DNA of 64,000 nucleotides from Nitrospirota bacterium. GTDB taxonomy: Bacteria > Nitrospirota > UBA9217. Shown piece after piece: positions 10,979-20,738 of the stretch. Within the stretch, counting starts at the first letter, position 1. Each line of letters starts with the position of its first letter. The position numbers were made by a program, and so were the translations under genes. The notes under the pieces are model-generated. The model was not told where the DNA came from. It saw only the letters and a list, made by a program, of their open reading frames with translations, and ran no database searches. The DNA is taken from assembly GCA_963741205.1 (NCBI GenBank), contig CAVUHW010000031.1, positions 64,001 to 128,000 of the forward strand, read 5' to 3'.

Positions 10979-12102
10979 TGCGGTCGTTCTCCTTCTCACC
11001 AATCATTCTGCCGGGACGCCCACGGGAAATCGTACATACGGGAATTTTCCTGCTCTGGATCGGATTGTTGTGTCTACCGGCGTTGGCTTCCGCTTCTGAA
11101 AACATTCGAGTCGCACTGGCGGACCATCGAAAGAACGTCGTGGTCAGGTCCGACTCCGGGCTCGTCATGGAGGGCCGGCCGGGTTCCGCGAAAAAAAAGC
11201 TCGTATTCAACGCGGCGACCATGAGCGCCGCGCCCGTGCGCGTAAAATCAGCGGGTGAGTTTGTTTCCGTGAACGGCAGGGTGTACCGGGGCTGGATGGA
11301 AATCAGGAAACAAGGCGACGGCCTGCTGGTCATCAACGACCTCGATATCGAAGACTATCTGCAGGGCGTCGTCGCCTCCGAGATCCCCCATGACTGGCAG
11401 TACGAGGCCTTAAAGGCGCAGGCCGTGGCAGCGAGGACCTACGCCCTGTATCAGAAAAAAACAGCGGGCCGCAGGCTCTATCATGTATCGGCGACCGTTG
11501 CCAGTCAGGTCTATGTCGGCCGCGAGGGTGAACGGCCGCGCGCGGCCCGGGCCGTAGAGGACACGAGGGGCCTCGTAATCGTGTACCACGGAGAGATCAT
11601 TCCCGCTTTCTTCCATGCGAGCTGCGGCGGCCATACCGAAAACGCCATCGAACTCTGGGGCATCGACGTGCCGTACCTGCAGGGCGTCGATTGCGACTGC
11701 CAGGAAATATCCCGGTACGGGCTTTGGGAAGTCAGGGTCGGCAAGGCGCAGATCATAAGCGCCCTGCGGCAAATGGGATATCACGTGGGCGAGATCCTGG
11801 GCATAGACATCAAGGGTATCACGCCCGCGGGCCGGGTCAGGGAGGTCGTCATTCGGACTTCGAAGGGGAAAAGATTTGTTCCCGCGGAGTCGCTCCGGGC
11901 CGCGCTCGGGAACACGCTGATCCCCAGCGTGTTTTTTGAGCTGGCCCTGGAGGGGGATGAGGCGGTCTTTTCGGGAAGGGGGATGGGGCACGGAGTCGGT
12001 CTCTGCCAGTGGGGCGCTGAAGAGATGGCGGAAAGGGGAAATGACTTCGAGGCCATCCTGGCCCATTATTACCCGGGTACGGACCTGATGCGGCTGCCGT
12101 GA
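10978..12102 (+). CDS. SpoIID/LytB domain protein (peptidoglycan lytic enzyme family)
   Basis: EDYLQGVVASE, EALKAQAVAARTY, SQVY, GRGMGHGVGLCQWGA, ILAHYYPG. Confidence 0.9.
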   Translation: MRSFSFSPIILPGRPREIVHTGIFLLWIGLLCLPALASASENIRVALADHRKNVVVRSDSGLVMEGRPGSAKKKLVFNAATMSAAPVRVKSAGEFVSVNGRVYRGWMEIRKQGDGLLVINDLDIEDYLQGVVASEIPHDWQYEALKAQAVAARTYALYQKKTAGRRLYHVSATVASQVYVGREGERPRAARAVEDTRGLVIVYHGEIIPAFFHASCGGHTENAIELWGIDVPYLQGVDCDCQEISRYGLWEVRVGKAQIISALRQMGYHVGEILGIDIKGITPAGRVREVVIRTSKGKRFVPAESLRAALGNTLIPSVFFELALEGDEAVFSGRGMGHGVGLCQWGAEEMAERGNDFEAILAHYYPGTDLMRLP

Positions 12103-12141
12103 CCGCCGACACAAAACACGAGCGTGCCGGCATCATTTCTC

Positions 12142-12170
12142 TTGACTCGCATCATTCATCACTATAAGAT
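12142..12170 (+). promoter_or_regulatory. Putative sigma-70 promoter of the TPR gene
   Basis: TTGACT-17 nt-TAAGAT. Confidence 0.55.
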
Positions 12171-12260
12171 ATTTTTTTATTCCGGAGTAAGCCGTCTTAA
12201 CCGCGGAACTTTGAAGCGAACGTCCCGGCTGGTGTCAAGCCCCGGGGCCGTGGAGTATCA

Positions 12261-13073
12261 ATGGCACGCATGAAAAAACCGTCGAAGCAGAACGTCTCTG
12301 CGCCTCCCCTGGAACAAAGGGACGGTTCCCTGATGGTCGCGGTGGCCCTGTTTCTGCTCATCATCGGGGCACTGGCCGCCGCAGCGTATACGAGAAACAG
12401 CATTTATCGCACGCATGTGACGCTGTGGGAGAACGTCACGACGAGATCGCCGAACAAACGGAGGGCGCACGAAAACTTCGGCCAAGCCTTGTCCACGGCC
12501 GGCTCGCTCTCACGCAGCCAGGACGAGGCCAAAAAATTGTACGATGAGGCGCTGCGTCAGTTCCAGATGGTCATGAGCCTGAAGGACGACGGGAGTGTTC
12601 CGATGCGCGACCTGTACCGGGAGGTCGGGGTGGTTTATTTCCGTCTGGGGCAGTTTGACGATGCGATCACCGCCTGGGAAACGGGGTTGCGTCATGCGCC
12701 CAATGATCCTAGCCTCTTGAACAACTTGTCCGTCGCCTTTCTGCAAAAAGGCAGGATTGCCGAGGCGGCCTCGGCAGCCCAAACAGCGCTCACCGTCGAC
12801 CCGAACATGCCGCAGGCCTTGAACACCCTGGGGCAGGCGTATATGGCTAAAGGAGATTACGAAAAAGCGGTCCAGTATTTTCTGAAGGCCCTGGAACGGG
12901 AGCCGGATGTGCCTGCGCGGTACTGGAACGTCGCCATCGCCCTGGAACAGGCGAAAAAGTACGACATGGCGCTTCAATATGCAAGTACCTATGCGTCCAT
13001 GGAACCGGACCCCGCAGGGCGTCAGAGGGCTCAGCAACTCGTGGAACATCTGAAAAAGATGACGGGACGATGA
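12261..13073 (+). CDS. Single-TM TPR protein resembling the C-terminal module of TMTC-like glycosyltransferases
   Basis: TM helix, then YTRNSIY...TLWENVTTRSPNKRRAHENFG, then several TPRs (LNNLSVAF, LNTLGQAY, YWNVAIAL). Confidence 0.85.
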   Translation: MARMKKPSKQNVSAPPLEQRDGSLMVAVALFLLIIGALAAAAYTRNSIYRTHVTLWENVTTRSPNKRRAHENFGQALSTAGSLSRSQDEAKKLYDEALRQFQMVMSLKDDGSVPMRDLYREVGVVYFRLGQFDDAITAWETGLRHAPNDPSLLNNLSVAFLQKGRIAEAASAAQTALTVDPNMPQALNTLGQAYMAKGDYEKAVQYFLKALEREPDVPARYWNVAIALEQAKKYDMALQYASTYASMEPDPAGRQRAQQLVEHLKKMTGR

Positions 13074-13157
13074 ATCGGGTAGTGTACGAATTAGCTGTTC
13101 GAACCTTCATTTCGCTTCAGGGAGCTTCACGGGAGGAGGACAACGAACGACCGTCAT

Positions 13158-13820
13158 TTAACCGCAGGCATCAGGGCTGCAGCTTACCCGGTTCCTGCCG
13201 TTTCTTTTTGCGGCATAGAGTGCGTCGTCGGCTTTTTTAACAAACTCCTCAAGGCCGCTGTCGCCCGCATCCGCCATGCAGGCCACGCCGAGGCTGATCG
13301 TCACTCTGTTCTCCACTTGCGCGTTGCCGACGATAAATTTTGATTCCGCGACCGCCCTCCTGAGCCGCTCGGCCACTTTGCAGGCGTCGGATAACTCCAG
13401 TTCCGGCATGATAACGGAGAATTCCTCTCCCCCGTACCTGCAGCAACTGTCGATGGTGTTGCACCGCATTTGGTTTTTTATGATTCCTGCCAGTTCCCTG
13501 AGGATCATATCCCCTGCCTGATGTCCGTAGTCATCGTTGAACTGCTTGAAGTGATCAATGTCGATCATCAGAGCGAGAGAGGCTTTTGGTTCCTGCCGCG
13601 CCGGCCGATTTCCTGCGACAACTTTTCCTTGAACATGCGGTGATTATAGAGGCCGGTAAGGCCGTCATGCTGGGACAGCTGCTGTATTTTTTCGAAGAGG
13701 CGGGACCTCTCGATGCCGGCTGCAAGCTGGTGCGACAGGATGGCCATGAAATCCATGTCTTCGACGCTGAGGCCGTATTTGGTTCTATTGTCCAATTTTC
13801 TCTCGTGCCTGTTCATCGCC
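13158..13820 (-). CDS. GGDEF diguanylate cyclase with only a GAF remnant; frameshift near 13568; start approximate
   Basis: DGLTGLYNHR, MIDIDHFKQFNDDYGHQAGD, RYGGEEF, ADDALYAAKRNGRNR. Confidence 0.85.
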
Positions 13821-14006
13821 CATGGGTGCCCGGGTATGGCCGTTTGTGCATCGCGACGAGGGATTATCCTGAAGAACATGTTCTACAGCGGAGAACCGGT
13901 CGTCAGGACGACTGGCGTAGCTCGTCGGGGCCGTTGATATGTCCGTATGATCGGTGTTGACCCGCCGGTCCGTCGTCCTTTTCAGGATTAACGCAACAAC
14001 CCGTCT

Positions 14007-14795
14007 CTAGTTTACCCTGGGTTTCGCCGGCTGGATCGGAATCGCTTTGGTCTTCGCCTGAGGGGCAGCCGGAGCGGGCGTTGCCGGAGCCGCGAGCGAA
14101 CGGGCCTCCCGGGCGGATTCATGGTTGAACGCGGAGGCCTGAGCCGCAGGCGGGTTCTCTATAATGAGGACGGTTTTGCGGGCCTTTAATTTGGACCCGA
14201 GATCCGGTTGTTTCGACGAGTAGGCCGCGGCTATCAGCGCATTCTGGTCCACGCCTTTCTTTTCAAAATGCTTCACCAGCGCCGCGGACCGGTCAGCCGC
14301 GAGCGTTCTTGCATCTTTTGCCGGGATCTTTTTTCTGCCTTTGCCCTGGGCCGGAACGGCCTCTGTCGTGTTGCCTATGACGATTTCCTTGCCCTTCAAT
14401 TCGTTGCTCTTGAGCAGCGTTTCGAGTTTCTGGAGAAGGTTCTGGCTCTCTTTTGAGTTTGAAAAGGTGTAGGAACCGGGCATATAAAGCGCATCCTCGG
14501 CGATATTCACGACGACTCTGTGGTCCGCGACAGACACCTCTGCCTTGCCAGCCTTTATTTCATCGCGCAGACCCGAGATCATAGCGTCGGCCGCGGGTTT
14601 CAGCCAGGCCGTCTCCGCGCTTTCCTTGTCCTTATACCGCTTCAGCTCTGCCTTCGTCCTGTCGAGTTCGCGCATGCCGGCCTTCATTTTCTCATGTTCT
14701 GCCGCCATGGGTTTGAATGTGTTGAGATAAAACTCCGCTGAAGAACCGACCGCAACGATGAACAGCGCAATGAGAACGTAGATGACGATTTTCAT
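14007..14795 (-). CDS. Divergent MotB/OmpA-like membrane-anchored protein
   Basis: N-terminal TM, coiled coil, EIKAGKAEV...VVVNIAEDALY; degenerate OmpA-like C-terminal motifs; Ala/Pro-rich tail. Confidence 0.6.
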   Translation of the reverse strand: MKIVIYVLIALFIVAVGSSAEFYLNTFKPMAAEHEKMKAGMRELDRTKAELKRYKDKESAETAWLKPAADAMISGLRDEIKAGKAEVSVADHRVVVNIAEDALYMPGSYTFSNSKESQNLLQKLETLLKSNELKGKEIVIGNTTEAVPAQGKGRKKIPAKDARTLAADRSAALVKHFEKKGVDQNALIAAAYSSKQPDLGSKLKARKTVLIIENPPAAQASAFNHESAREARSLAAPATPAPAAPQAKTKAIPIQPAKPRVN

Positions 14796-14855
14796 GATTA
14801 TCGCAGAACCCCCTTTGAGAGTCTATTTTCAGCGTTAGCGCGAAAGGCCATGGGA

Positions 14856-16049
14856 TTACTTCAGCATGCCCGCTGCCTTTTCTATCCGGTCAAGCCCCTT
14901 CCGGATGTTTTCCATGGATGTCGCATAGGAGAGACGGATGTACGCGTCGGCGCCGAAGGCGTCGCCCGATACGAGCGCTACGTGGGCGTCTTCGAGAAGA
15001 TAGGCGGCGAGGTCGGACGAATTATTGATGACCTTCCCGTTCGCGCTTTTCCCGTAGAGCGACGAGACCCTGGGAAAGGCATAAAACGCACCGACCGGCA
15101 TCAGGCAGGATATTCCCGTCATGGCGTTCAGACGCTGGACCATGTACCTTCTCCTCTTGTCGAATTCGACATTCATGGTCCGGATAAAGTCCTGGGGCCC
15201 GCGTAGCGCCTCGACCGCCGCCTTCTGCGAAATGGAAGCGGGGTTTGAAGTGCTCTGGCTCTGGATGTTCGCCATGGCGGAGAGGACGTCTTTGGGGCCG
15301 GCCGCATAGCCGATGCGCCAGCCGGTCATGGCGTGGGACTTTGATACGCCGTTGACCACGATCGTCAGGTCTTTTATCTCCGGGCCGAGCGACGCGATGC
15401 TGACATGCGTGAAACCGTCGTAAAGGAGTTTTTCATAAATCTCGTCCGAGATTACGTACAGGGCGTGCTTGACCGCCACGGCCGCTATTTCTTCAAGCGT
15501 CTTCCGGTCGTAGGCAAGGCCGGTGGGGTTTGAAGGGCTGTTCAGCACGAGCGCCTTGGTCTTCGGAGTGACGGCTTTTTCAAGTTTCTTCGCAGACAGC
15601 TTGAACCCCTCTTCCTCCGTGGTTCGCACAATGACCGGTACGGCGTCATTCAGCAAGACCTGGTCGGGATAGGAGACCCAGTAGGGAGAGGGGATGATGA
15701 CCTCGTCGCCCGGGTCGAACAAGGCCTCGGCGACATTGTAGAGGCTGTGTTTGGCCCCGCAGGAGATCAGCACCTGCGATTTCTCATAGGAGAGGCCGTT
15801 GTCCCTCTTGAATTTCTCGATGACCGCTTCTTTCAGTTCATCGGTGCCGCCTGCGGGGGTATATTTCGTGAAGCCCCGCTCAATGGCCTGAATGCCGGCG
15901 TGTTTGACGTTATCCGGCGTGTCGAAGTCCGGCTCCCCGACCCCGAAATCCACGACGTCGATCCCCTGCGCCTTCATGGCCTTCGCCTTTGCGGCGGTGG
16001 CCAGCGTGGGGGAGGGTTTGACGGCGAGCGCCCGTTTGGCAATTCCCAT
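14856..16049 (-). CDS. aspC: PLP-dependent class I (aspartate) aminotransferase
   Basis: GEPDFDTP, NSPSNPTG, SDEIY, SKSHAMTGWRIGY; start at MGIAKR. Confidence 0.92.
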   Translation of the reverse strand: MGIAKRALAVKPSPTLATAAKAKAMKAQGIDVVDFGVGEPDFDTPDNVKHAGIQAIERGFTKYTPAGGTDELKEAVIEKFKRDNGLSYEKSQVLISCGAKHSLYNVAEALFDPGDEVIIPSPYWVSYPDQVLLNDAVPVIVRTTEEEGFKLSAKKLEKAVTPKTKALVLNSPSNPTGLAYDRKTLEEIAAVAVKHALYVISDEIYEKLLYDGFTHVSIASLGPEIKDLTIVVNGVSKSHAMTGWRIGYAAGPKDVLSAMANIQSQSTSNPASISQKAAVEALRGPQDFIRTMNVEFDKRRRYMVQRLNAMTGISCLMPVGAFYAFPRVSSLYGKSANGKVINNSSDLAAYLLEDAHVALVSGDAFGADAYIRLSYATSMENIRKGLDRIEKAAGMLK

Positions 16050-16230
16050 GCTGATAGCAGACCCTTTCTGTACCTGAAGTTTGTTGTTACGAAGTTTAAT
16101 TTTTTTAGCATAGAAGCAGAGCAAAGTCAATCGGTTTCTTGAGCTGTGACCCGACGGATCTATTGAAGAAGACGCGGGAAGACGCGCGGTAGGCGTCCGC
16201 ACGGTACCCCTTGCCCGTCTTACTCCCCGG

Positions 16231-16259
16231 TTGCAAAGTCGGATGAAGTATGATACTAT
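16231..16259 (+). promoter_or_regulatory. Putative sigma-70 promoter with extended -10 for the holin-like/cbiMQO operon
   Basis: TTGCAA-17 nt-TACTAT with TGn. Confidence 0.55.
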
Positions 16260-16433
16260 TTTTTCACCTGAAACGTCTTTCACCAAAGCTTCTCCCCTCG
16301 ACGGGGAGGAAAAGCTTGCTCTCGAATGATTTCATCGGCGGGGCGGGGGTGATGATTGAGAGGCCGATAACCTTCGATGTTCACTACCCATGGTGAACGC
16401 CGTTTCACGGCCTGTTTTCGTGGGGGAGGCTTC

Positions 16434-16835
16434 ATGTTCGGATTTTTTCTGCGCTGGTCGATCAATCTGCTCGCGCTTATCATTGCCGGGTCCGTGACAC
16501 CGGGGATCAGGATACAAAGCATCCAGATGGGGATTCTCGCCGCCGGCATCCTCGGCGTCGTGAACGCGGTGATCAGGCCCGTCGTCCTCATTCTTACCCT
16601 CCCGATCAATCTTCTCACGCTCGGGCTGTTTACGCTGGTGATCAATGCCGCACTGCTCAAACTCGTCGCGGACCTCGTGCCCGGCTTCGTTATCGAGTCC
16701 TTCGGCGCGGCGTTCATCGGCGCACTGGTGATCAGCCTGACCAGTTGGGTCCTCAACCTGTTCGTGAGCGGCGACGGGACCTTTATCTTCATCAAGCGGG
16801 TGCCGAAAGGCGGAGACCGCGGTATTCGGCGATGA
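16434..16835 (+). CDS. Phage holin family / YvlD-like 4-TM membrane protein
   Basis: VNAVIRPV...LTLPINLLTLGLFTLVINA signature; GGGGAGG ribosome-binding site. Confidence 0.85.
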   Translation: MFGFFLRWSINLLALIIAGSVTPGIRIQSIQMGILAAGILGVVNAVIRPVVLILTLPINLLTLGLFTLVINAALLKLVADLVPGFVIESFGAAFIGALVISLTSWVLNLFVSGDGTFIFIKRVPKGGDRGIRR

Positions 16836-16863
16836 GGGGGATGATCGCCGGGAGCGGCGCGCT

Positions 16864-17562
16864 ATGACGCATATGCACATACCGGACGGGGTTTTGCCCG
16901 TCTGGCTCTGGGGTCTTGGATTTCTCGTCATGTCCCTCATCATGAGTTTCAACCTGATCCGGCTTCGGACCATGGACATGAAGAAAAAAATACCCCTGCT
17001 CGGCGCTCTTTCCGCGGCGATGCTCGTGGGCATGAGCCTGCCCACGGAAATAATCCTTCCCGGATACCACATCAATCTGTCGGTTGTTACCGGTATTCTT
17101 ATCGGTCCGTCCCTGGGATTCGTTGCGGCGTTCATTGCAAACCTGATATTGGCGCTCATGGGTCACGGCGGCATTACGGTCATCGGCCTCAATACCCTGC
17201 TTCTTGGATCAGAGGCGGTTCTCGGCCATACCTTTTTTTATTTTTTCAAGGGGATTCCTTTTTTCTGGCGGGCCGCTCTTGCTACGGTTTTGACCTTGTT
17301 TATCACGACGCTGTTCCTCATCGGTTTCGTCGCGATGTCCCATCTTAATCCGGAATTGCTCCATCATGGCGAAGAACACGGACATGAACTTCAGTCGAAC
17401 GGATCGGTGGCAACCTTTGCCGTGCTGGTCCTCTCGATTGGCGCGGTCGGCTGGATCATCGAAGCGGCGATTACGGGCGTCGTGATCAAATTTATTTCCC
17501 AGGTGAAACCCGATATGCTCGGTCACACGCTGCATACGGACAGGGACGCAGCGAAACATTGA
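16864..17562 (+). CDS. cbiM: Co/Ni ECF transporter substrate-binding component CbiM/NikM
   Basis: MHIPDG motif, multiple TM helices, GHGGITVIGLN, His-rich loop. Confidence 0.88.
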   Translation: MTHMHIPDGVLPVWLWGLGFLVMSLIMSFNLIRLRTMDMKKKIPLLGALSAAMLVGMSLPTEIILPGYHINLSVVTGILIGPSLGFVAAFIANLILALMGHGGITVIGLNTLLLGSEAVLGHTFFYFFKGIPFFWRAALATVLTLFITTLFLIGFVAMSHLNPELLHHGEEHGHELQSNGSVATFAVLVLSIGAVGWIIEAAITGVVIKFISQVKPDMLGHTLHTDRDAAKH

Positions 17563-17572
17563 GGGGACGGAC

Positions 17573-18279
17573 GTGATCGACGTTGCAAGAATCGACCACT
17601 GGGCGGCGAGCGGTTCCGGACCGCTGCACCGGGCTTCACCGATCGCTAAAATCATCTTTCTTGCTGCTCGTGGTATGCGCCGCCGTTATTTCAAAAAACC
17701 CATATTCGCTGACAGCAGGGTTACGGAATGCTTATTCTTGTGGCCGCCCTGGCAAGGCTTCCCTGGGCGAGGGTAATGGCCCTTTCCTGGTATGCCGCGG
17801 TGTTCGCGCTTTTGTACAGTCTCACGCTGCGGGGAGGGGCACTGATCCGTGCGCTTTTTATCATGAAGGCGATCACACCGTCCTTCGCCATGCTGATGCT
17901 CATCGTGAGCACGCCCTATCCGAAGATATTTTCCCTGCTCAGTTCGGTCCTCCCCGAAATACTGGCGGCGGGGCTGTTCATGACATACCGGACGCTCTTC
18001 ATACTCCTTGACATGATGGACAGTTTCGCGGCCGCGATCCGGCTGCGCGGCGGCTTCTCCCCCGGCAGCCTGTTTAAAAACAGCGCCAATATCTCACGAG
18101 GCATAGCGATGCTCCTGGTGAGGGCGGTCGAACGGGCTTCGCGTCTGTACGCGGTCATGGCCGTCCGGGGATACAACGGCAGCATGGCGGAGAAAGGCGA
18201 TATCGAGATTCGACCGACGGACTGGCTGCCGCTTGCGACGGGAGGAGCGGTCCTCATAATGGTCATGGTCTGGAACTAG
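17573..18279 (+). CDS. cbiQ: ECF transmembrane component CbiQ; frameshifts
   Basis: LHRASPIAK, RLRGG, RAVERASRLYAVMAVRGY. Confidence 0.85.
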
Positions 18280-18321
18280 CCTCCGATCCTTCAGAAAAGG
18301 TACGTTACGCGGTCACCAAGC

Positions 18322-19191
18322 ATGAACAGTAACCATTTATTGCGTCTCTCGGAAAATACGGCGGAGCCCGTTGTCCGCGTGAGTTGTCTCAAACACACTT
18401 ACCCGGATACCACGGAAATCCATATGTGCGGTCTTGATTTCGTGGTGAACCGGGGCGAGCGCGTCGTCATCCTCGGCGGTAACGGCTCCGGGAAAACGAC
18501 GCTTCTCTACCACATCCTCGGACTGCTCGCCCCCGATGAAGGCAAGGTAACCGTATTCGGGATCAACCCCGCCGATAAGTACAGCACGGTCCGCGAACGG
18601 ATCGGCGTCCTTCTCCAGAATGTCGACGACCAGATACTGTCGCCCACCGTCTGGGATGACGTTTCCTTTTCACCCAGAAATTTCGGGTATGGTAAGGAAG
18701 AGACCGGCCGGATGGTCGAAGGGATCCTGGCGGAACTCAGCATAGGGCACCTTCGCGACAAGATTTGCCACTACCTCTCGGGCGGAGAAAAAAGAAAGGT
18801 AGCTTTGGCCGGCGCGCTTGTTTTGCGTCCCGAACTGCTGATCCTGGACGAACCGTTCGAGGGGCTCGACAATCGGTCCCGTGCCGAATTGGTGACGCTG
18901 CTCAATAAATTCAACGGGGAAGGCATGACGATCATGATGTCCACCCATGACCTCAACCTGGTCGCGGCGTTCGCCGACCGCGTGTATGTCCTCGGCAGGG
19001 GACACGGCGTAATAACCGCTGGTACGCCGTCGGACATTTTTTTGCAGGCAGACGCGCTCCGGGAATCCAATATCGATCCGCCGCTCCTCACGGAGCTTTT
19101 TCTCAAGCTGCGGGAACGCGGCGTCGTGGTAGATGTCCCCATTCACATCGACCAGGCGGTGAACGACCTGGTCCGGCTCGTCCATGGCTGA
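18322..19191 (+). CDS. cbiO: ECF ATPase CbiO
   Basis: GGNGSGKTT, LSGGEKRKV, LILDEP, STHD. Confidence 0.9.
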   Translation: MNSNHLLRLSENTAEPVVRVSCLKHTYPDTTEIHMCGLDFVVNRGERVVILGGNGSGKTTLLYHILGLLAPDEGKVTVFGINPADKYSTVRERIGVLLQNVDDQILSPTVWDDVSFSPRNFGYGKEETGRMVEGILAELSIGHLRDKICHYLSGGEKRKVALAGALVLRPELLILDEPFEGLDNRSRAELVTLLNKFNGEGMTIMMSTHDLNLVAAFADRVYVLGRGHGVITAGTPSDIFLQADALRESNIDPPLLTELFLKLRERGVVVDVPIHIDQAVNDLVRLVHG

Positions 19192-19360
19192 TGGGCCGGC
19201 ATGGAGACGGCCAGAGTCCGCGGCCAATGCAAAGATGCGGAAGGCCGGAGGCCATTGAAATTTTAAATTTCCCATTTTCAGTCTGCAATTCCAATCTCCC
19301 GCGATGCGGGACTCTACCGGCCTGCCGCGATTTGATCGCGGCTTGTCCGGGTCAGGAGGC

Positions 19361-20620
19361 ATGATGATGCCGCAGGACGGCTTTGAACACAAAAAAGGCA
19401 GGTTGATTTTCCTGGTCGCGCTTGTTCTCGGTGCCGCGTTCTCGGTCGGAGCATTCTCGGGTATTTTGCCGCGCGCGGTGAAAGTCGCGGGTTCCTGCGG
19501 TTTCTCGCGCTCGTTCCGCTCATTCCGCTTAGCGCCTATCTTCTGTACCGGATAAACATTTTCCCCTCCTATCGCCGTCTGGAGGACGACAACCTCGAAC
19601 TGCATCTCAAGCAGGAGGAGCTTCTGGACATCAAGGACGACCTGTTCATCAAGTTTCTCGGCGTATACGACGTCAACTTTGCGGCCAATTCCCCGAGGCT
19701 CTTCGCCGACCGTCTGACGGACGTCGCCGATATCACGGCCAGGGTCATGGGGGCCGACGCATGTTTCGTCTTTCTCTATGACCGGAAAAAGGACGATCTC
19801 GTCCTTTCGGCGACCAACGGTGTGCCGGAGGCTGCAATCGGAGCCGTGCGTATTCCCCTGGGCGAGGGACTCGAAGGATGGGTGGGGCGGCGGCTTGAAC
19901 CGCTCATGCTGAAGGACTTTCGCGCCGATGCGCGGTATCGCGAGACTGCCGGCATGGCGCTGGGCGACTACCAGTCGGTCTACTGTCTGCCCCTCTACGT
20001 TTATTCCAACAGGGCCCTCGTCGGGGTCATGGAGGTGTTTTTCCGAAAGGCAAAGGAATTTACGGACGAGGAAATCAATTTCTTCACGACGCTGACCGGC
20101 ATGCTCTCGACCACGATCCAGAACGAACAGATGCAGGCCGAATTGCGGAAGATGAACATGGAGCTGGAGCAATGGGTGGCGGAAAAAACCGAGGAACTGC
20201 GGGCGTCGGAAGAACGATACCGTACCCTGGTGGAAAACGCCTGCGAATCGATTTTCCTGCTCACCGGAAACGGCGACATCGTTTTTGCAAACGAGCAGGG
20301 CGCACGGCTCACCGGATTTGCCAAGTATGAACTCCTGCATAAGAACTTTTTCGAGCTTTTCGTCGATCCCGCAGAACCGCGGGAGATCCTGACTGACGTG
20401 GCGCAGGGACGCCAGTCGCTCAGGCACGGTGACTTGAAGCATGGCCGGCGGAGGCATCGTTCCGGTTGAGGTGAGCGCCGTCGGGCTGTCGCTCATGGGA
20501 AAGAGGTTCGTCCAGGCAGTCGTTCGAGACGTCTCGACGCAGATGCGTCTCGAACAGCTTCTTGAGGAAAAAGAACGGGAATTGGCCGCTCTCAGGGCCG
20601 GCTACGGAGACATCAAGTAA
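19361..20620 (+). CDS. Membrane GAF + PAS domain protein without an output domain; frameshifts
   Basis: N-terminal TM; GAF (LVLSATNG...LGEGLEGWVG); coiled coil ELEQWVAEKTEEL; SEERYRTLVEN PAS; short tail, stop at 20620. Confidence 0.75.
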
Positions 20621-20738
20621 GGACCGCCTCGCCCTTTTTGGTTCGTTTTATTTTTACCTTTACAGGGATCATGGCCTGTGGTATAAATTATGCATATGGC
20701 GGCCGTACGGGCCGCCATATGCTCTTGTGAGTGTGACG

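Noticed and set aside
16434-16835. Prophage inferred from the holin-family gene
   Set aside because: YvlD-like genes are common chromosomal genes and no other phage genes are present
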